Source: Candidatus Thorarchaeota archaeon
GTDB lineage: Archaea > Asgardarchaeota > Thorarchaeia > Thorarchaeales > Thorarchaeaceae
Assembly: GCA_048884785.1 (NCBI GenBank)
Contig: JBHLQM010000001.1
Location: 82,576-93,642, forward strand
Direction: 5' to 3'
DNA: 11,067 nt
Shown one piece after another: positions 6,969 through 11,067 of this stretch (positions are counted from its first letter, which is position 1; each line of letters begins with the position of its first letter). Made by a program: the position numbers and the translations under genes. The notes under the pieces are model-generated. The model worked only from the letters and a program-made list of their open reading frames with translations, was not told the DNA's origin and made no database searches.

Positions 6969-8650
6969 TAGTAAGTTCTCTCCTTTACTTCGAATTTACC
7001 AAGGTTCACATCTTTGTATTCAACTTCAAGTTCTTGGTCAATCTTTTTGACAAGAGTGTGCTTCAGGAATCTCTTGTCATTCCGATTTGGGAAATCCAAT
7101 CGCCAATGAGCACCTCTGCTTTCCTCTCTCCTGAGCGCACCTATCGCGATGGCTTCAGCAAGATCAATCATGTTCTCCAGCTCTAGAGCGCGTACTAGAG
7201 AGTAGTTGAATCGTTTGTCGGTTTCACCTATGGATACCGATTCAAACCGTTTCCTTAGTTGTCGAATTACTCCCAATGCGTCCTCGATTTCCTCATGCCG
7301 TCTGAATACACCGACCTTCGAATCCATTATCTCAGTTAGGTCGCGTCTTATTTCTGCAGGTGCAGTCCCTGTTCCTGCAATCAACAGTCTGTGCAGCTTC
7401 TGTCGAGTTCTAAAAACATCATTTTCAATTTCGGCTGTATATGGATTCTTTGTATTCGCGAGGAAATCGCCTACTGCATCTCCAACAACTCGTCCAAAGA
7501 CAAGAGTTTCAAGTAAGGAGTTGCCACCCAGTCTATTCGCTCCATGAACACTCATACATGATGTCTCACCAACCGCATAGAGTCCTTCAATTATTGTAGC
7601 TCCATTCCTATCACAATCTATACCGCCCATCGAGTAATGCTGCCCAGGTTGAACAGGTATCGGTTCCTCTATGGGGTCTATGCCTGCGAAGTAGATGCAG
7701 ATCTCTCTGATACCAGGTAGACGCTGCTTGATCCGTTCTGCTCCTAGATGCCGCAAATCAAGGTGTACATACTCGTTTTCGAATCCTCTGCCTTCAAGGA
7801 TTTCTGTTCTAATTGCCCTAGCAACAATGTCCCGAGGAGCCAGCTCCATCTTTTCAGGGGCATATAGACTCATGAAACGTTCGCCTTCGGAATTTATTAG
7901 ATACCCACCTTCACCTCTTGCGCCTTCAGTGATTAGTATACTAGACCCATAGAGTGTTGTTGGATGAAACTGCACAAATTCCATATCCTTTAGAGGAACA
8001 CCGGCCCGCAAAGCAATTGCACATCCGTCCCCAGTGTTAATCAGCGCATTGGTAGATCTTGAATATACTCTACCAAAACCACCTGTGGCAATAACAACAG
8101 CCCTAGCAAGGAATCCATGAACATCACCCGTAGCTATCTCTAAAGCGGTCAATCCATTTATTCTACCATCTACAATTGAGAGTGAGGTGGCAAAAAACTC
8201 CTCGTACATCTTTACGCCAAGACGAAGGGCTTGCTCGAATGTAGTATGAAGTAGATTGTGTCCTGTCCGGTCGGATGCATAGCAGGTTCTGGGAAATCCT
8301 GCGCCACCAAAAGGCCTCTGTGCAATTCTTCCGTCTTCCGTTCTCGAGAATGCCGTGCCCCAGTGCTCATTCTCAATTACTGCGCTAGGAGCTTCGCGGG
8401 TCAGTATTTCAACGACATCCTGATCTGCAAGATAGTCGGAACCTTTGACAGTATCAAATGCATGCGCCTCCCAAGAGTCTTCCTCTCCCAAAGCTGCATT
8501 GATGCCGCCCTGCGCGGCCACTGAGTGTGACCTAATTGGGTGCACCTTGGTGATGATTGCCACGTCATATCGTTCAGCGAGCTGAATCGCAACTCTCAAG
8601 CCAGATAGTCCCGCACCAACAATCAGGACATCATGATTATGTATCAACAA
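6968..8650 (-). CDS. sdhA: Succinate dehydrogenase / fumarate reductase flavoprotein subunit
   Basis: GAGLSG FAD loop, RSHSVAAQGG covalent-FAD His motif, QFHPT, EGARGEGG, ELAPRD, HYSMGG, HGANRLGGNSL and ESRGAH. Reaction direction (Sdh or Frd) cannot be determined from sequence alone. Confidence 0.96.
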   Translation of the reverse strand: MLIHNHDVLIVGAGLSGLRVAIQLAERYDVAIITKVHPIRSHSVAAQGGINAALGEEDSWEAHAFDTVKGSDYLADQDVVEILTREAPSAVIENEHWGTAFSRTEDGRIAQRPFGGAGFPRTCYASDRTGHNLLHTTFEQALRLGVKMYEEFFATSLSIVDGRINGLTALEIATGDVHGFLARAVVIATGGFGRVYSRSTNALINTGDGCAIALRAGVPLKDMEFVQFHPTTLYGSSILITEGARGEGGYLINSEGERFMSLYAPEKMELAPRDIVARAIRTEILEGRGFENEYVHLDLRHLGAERIKQRLPGIREICIYFAGIDPIEEPIPVQPGQHYSMGGIDCDRNGATIIEGLYAVGETSCMSVHGANRLGGNSLLETLVFGRVVGDAVGDFLANTKNPYTAEIENDVFRTRQKLHRLLIAGTGTAPAEIRRDLTEIMDSKVGVFRRHEEIEDALGVIRQLRKRFESVSIGETDKRFNYSLVRALELENMIDLAEAIAIGALRREESRGAHWRLDFPNRNDKRFLKHTLVKKIDQELEVEYKDVNLGKFEVKERTY

Positions 8651-8687
8651 TTTTTCCCCCTAGGAAGGAAAACGCACATAGTTCTGA

Positions 8688-8705
8688 ATTCATATAATTA
8701 TGAAT
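8688..8705. promoter_or_regulatory. Palindrome ATTCATA-TAAT-TATGAAT overlapping a minus-strand TTATAT TATA-like box upstream of sdhA
   Basis: Perfect 7-bp arms at 8688-8694 and 8699-8705; TTATAT at 8697-8692, about 42 nt upstream of TTG 8650. Confidence 0.5.
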
Positions 8706-8724
8706 CATTCCATGTGGCGTCTAA

Positions 8725-10110
8725 CTACACCATTTTTGTTGGATCTAGCAATTCATCAAGATTCTCAACCTCAAGACCCATTTCTTCTATGGTTTCTCGA
8801 ATGGTCTTTCCAGACTCATATGCAGCTCGCGCTATCAATCCCGCCTTGTCATACCCAATTACTGGTGAAAGACGTGTTACAACCATCAGGCTCCTTTTCA
8901 GGTGTTCCTCAATTACTGGAAGGTTCGGTGCAAGGTCCCGTAGACACTTATTAACAAATGACTCGATTCCGTTTGAAAGAATACCGAGTGCGTCAAGTAT
9001 GTTTACTATGATAAGGGGTTTGGCCACATTCAAATCAAGCAAACTACCGTGGCTTTCACCCATGGCAATAGCGGCATCTAACCCAATCACTTGAATGGCA
9101 ACCTGAATTAGTGCTTCGGATTGTGTTGGATTTACCTTCCCTGGCATGATAGACGATCCGGGCTCGTTTTCCGGCAGAAGCAATTCGCCAAGACCAGCCC
9201 GAGGACCGGAAGCCATCCATCGTATGTCATTTGCCATTTTAAAACAAGCCAGTGCCAAGAGCCTAAGTGCGCTGCTTATTTTAACAAAGACTCGGTGCGA
9301 GGCTATACCTTCCGCCTTGACTGGGTTTAGCTCAAAGGGAAAACCAAGGTTTTTGGAGAGATGCTTTACCACTCTTTCAGCAAAACCCTTACTGGCATTT
9401 AGTCCCGTACCAACAGCCGTTCCTCCAACTGGCAGAGAGATTAAATCGTCTCGAGCAATTTGCAGTTCATTAAAACTGGAAATAACCTGTGAACGATACA
9501 CACTAAATTCGAGTGACAGGGGTATTGGTACTGCATCCTGCAAGTGTGTTCTTCCAATTTTTATGACATCTTTAAACTCCCTAATCTTGTCATCTAGAAT
9601 TTGAAGGAGTGTTTCCACTGAAGGCAAAAGCTCCTTTGAGAGAGCTACTAGAGAAGAAACATGCATAGCTGTAGGAATTATATCATTGCTTGATTGACTC
9701 ATGTTTACATGGTCATTAGGATGGACGGGAGATTTAGAACCCAGAGGATGACCTAGAATCTCATTGGCTCTGTTTGCAAGGACTTCATTCATATTCATGT
9801 TGGTCTGTGTTCCAGAGCCTGTTTGATAGACATCAACAGGAAACTGATCAAGAAACATATCATGGAAAATAATCTCATCGGCGGCTTTGATGACAGCATC
9901 CCCAAGTTCCGATTCGATCTCTTCGTTGTCTACATGTGCCTGCATACATGCCTTCTTCACGTGAGCGAGGGCCACGATGAATTTCTCAGGCATCTGTCTT
10001 CCGCTTATCTTGAAATTTCGTAGAGCTCTCTCGGTATTAATACCCCAATACACTTCAGCAGGAACCTCAAGTTCTCCGAGTAGGTCCTTCTCCTTTCGCA
10101 TCTTTCCCAA
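8725..10110 (-). CDS. fumC: Class II fumarate hydratase
   Basis: GSSIMPGKVNP signature and GRTHLQDA. QTGSGTQTNMN and SQSSND match FumC rather than aspartase (GGAGTS / STND). TTG start with GGGTGG SD. Confidence 0.93.
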   Translation of the reverse strand: MGKMRKEKDLLGELEVPAEVYWGINTERALRNFKISGRQMPEKFIVALAHVKKACMQAHVDNEEIESELGDAVIKAADEIIFHDMFLDQFPVDVYQTGSGTQTNMNMNEVLANRANEILGHPLGSKSPVHPNDHVNMSQSSNDIIPTAMHVSSLVALSKELLPSVETLLQILDDKIREFKDVIKIGRTHLQDAVPIPLSLEFSVYRSQVISSFNELQIARDDLISLPVGGTAVGTGLNASKGFAERVVKHLSKNLGFPFELNPVKAEGIASHRVFVKISSALRLLALACFKMANDIRWMASGPRAGLGELLLPENEPGSSIMPGKVNPTQSEALIQVAIQVIGLDAAIAMGESHGSLLDLNVAKPLIIVNILDALGILSNGIESFVNKCLRDLAPNLPVIEEHLKRSLMVVTRLSPVIGYDKAGLIARAAYESGKTIRETIEEMGLEVENLDELLDPTKMV

Positions 10111-10192
10111 AGATAGCCACCCGCCTTGATGATGATTCGCCTTTTTCCTCTTAAGATTCTACATATGACACGATAAGAGATACATACTTGCC

Positions 10193-11059
10193 TTAGAGTA
10201 GAAGCTCATCCACCTTCTCCTGAAGTAGTTTCAAATCTGTCTTATGGTCTTTTAGTTGGCCCTTATCTGGTAATGCAATTCCAGATGCAAGATCAGGTGA
10301 ATCGACCTCGTAAAACACTCCGATGGGCATTCTATCTCCGTTTTGGAATGCTTTCTCAATCGCAAGGAATCTATTGGATGTATCATGTCCCTCTTCTTGG
10401 AGCGAGTATGTATGTTCATTGTAGAATTTCCAGGTTAATTGCTTATTCCAAGTAACACATGGTTGGAGAATATCTACAACTGAGAAACCCTTGTGAAGTA
10501 CTGCTCTTGTCATGAGATCCAGGAGCATCTTCTGGTCTCCTGAAAAACCTCGAGCGACAAATGTAGCTCCTCCAGTGATTGCAAGTCCTACAGTATTTAT
10601 AGGATCCATTGGAGCCCCAGGAGGGGGCGGTGAAGTCTTTGATACATATCCTCGTGGAGCTGAGGGCGAGAACTGACCCTGTGTTAGTCCGTTGACTCCG
10701 TTATTGTGGAGGAAGAGGGCTATATTGACATTGCGTCGTGCTGCATGGAGGAGGTGACCCAGTCCTTCACCAAGTGTATCTCCATCACCTACATGAACCA
10801 GCACCTTTAGCTCTTGATTCACCATGTGAACACCTGTGGCAATTGGTATGGCTCTTCCATGAAGCGTGTGAAGTGCGTTCAAATTGATATAATGAGGAAT
10901 TTTGCTACCGCAACCAATACCCGAAACCAGCACGAAGTCTTTTTGAGCGACTCCCAAATTCATAACGGTCTTCTTCAATGCCGCTAGTATCCCAAAATTG
11001 CCGCAACCTGTGCACCAAGTTTCCTTCTGTTTTCCTGTGAGCTGTTCTGCAGTAATCAT
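10193..11059 (-). CDS. korB: 2-oxoacid:ferredoxin oxidoreductase beta subunit (TPP-binding; KorB/PorB type)
   Basis: WCxGCG, SGIGC, LHGRAIP, GDGD...NN TPP motif, GLTxGQxSP and QPCVT. Substrate specificity is not determinable; korB is suggested by context. Confidence 0.88.
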   Translation of the reverse strand: MITAEQLTGKQKETWCTGCGNFGILAALKKTVMNLGVAQKDFVLVSGIGCGSKIPHYINLNALHTLHGRAIPIATGVHMVNQELKVLVHVGDGDTLGEGLGHLLHAARRNVNIALFLHNNGVNGLTQGQFSPSAPRGYVSKTSPPPPGAPMDPINTVGLAITGGATFVARGFSGDQKMLLDLMTRAVLHKGFSVVDILQPCVTWNKQLTWKFYNEHTYSLQEEGHDTSNRFLAIEKAFQNGDRMPIGVFYEVDSPDLASGIALPDKGQLKDHKTDLKLLQEKVDELLL

Positions 11060-11067
11060 AGCAAATT
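11056..11067 (-). CDS. Possible last codons (N-L-L-stop) of an upstream gene, expected to be the oxidoreductase alpha subunit
   Basis: An ATGA start/stop overlap exists at the beta-subunit start. The identity is inferred only from the usual alpha-beta gene order. Confidence 0.3.
   Translation of the reverse strand, partial: NLL

Noticed and set aside
6968-8650. L-aspartate oxidase (nadB) or APS reductase as an alternative
   Set aside because: The covalent-FAD His motif and a coupled three-cluster SdhB support Sdh/Frd.
8725-10110. Aspartate ammonia-lyase (aspA) as an alternative to fumC
   Set aside because: The QTGSGT and SSND motifs are FumC-type.
5890-10455. Antisense and alternative-frame ORFs over the 356-aa gene, sdhB, sdhA, fumC and korB (e.g. 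8633..9094, 9146..9604)
   Set aside because: Shadows of the main genes with no family features.
1-11067. tRNA, rRNA, CRISPR arrays, IS elements and tandem repeats
   Set aside because: All intergenic gaps are under 120 nt, and I saw no cloverleaf, repeat-spacer pattern, terminal inverted repeats or transposase by eye. A covariance-model scan was not run.

Overview
Archaeal genomic window. Ribosomal protein eS17, an archaeal-type ATP-dependent DNA ligase N-terminus, TATA-like boxes and GGTGA/GGAGG SD motifs all point to Archaea; an Asgard/Thorarchaeia-like origin is only my inference. Left to right: the 5' part of DNA ligase (-, not in the ORF track), divergent from rps17e (+); a 901-aa membrane protein (-) joining a probably extracellular, non-catalytic GATase-like domain to a MOP-type flippase body; an orphan beta-class DNA amino-methyltransferase and a DinB-family protein (+); a 356-aa membrane protein (-) resembling a catalytically dead HtpX/M48 peptidase; and a co-oriented carbon-metabolism block (-) of 2-oxoacid:ferredoxin oxidoreductase beta, fumC, sdhA/frdA and sdhB/frdB, with no sdhC/D anchor in the block. 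The most interesting items are the ectodomain-flippase fusion, the locally anchor-less SdhAB/FrdAB whose B subunit has an insertion, the putative M48 pseudo-peptidase, and several palindromic intergenic elements. No RNA genes, CRISPR arrays or mobile elements were recognised.
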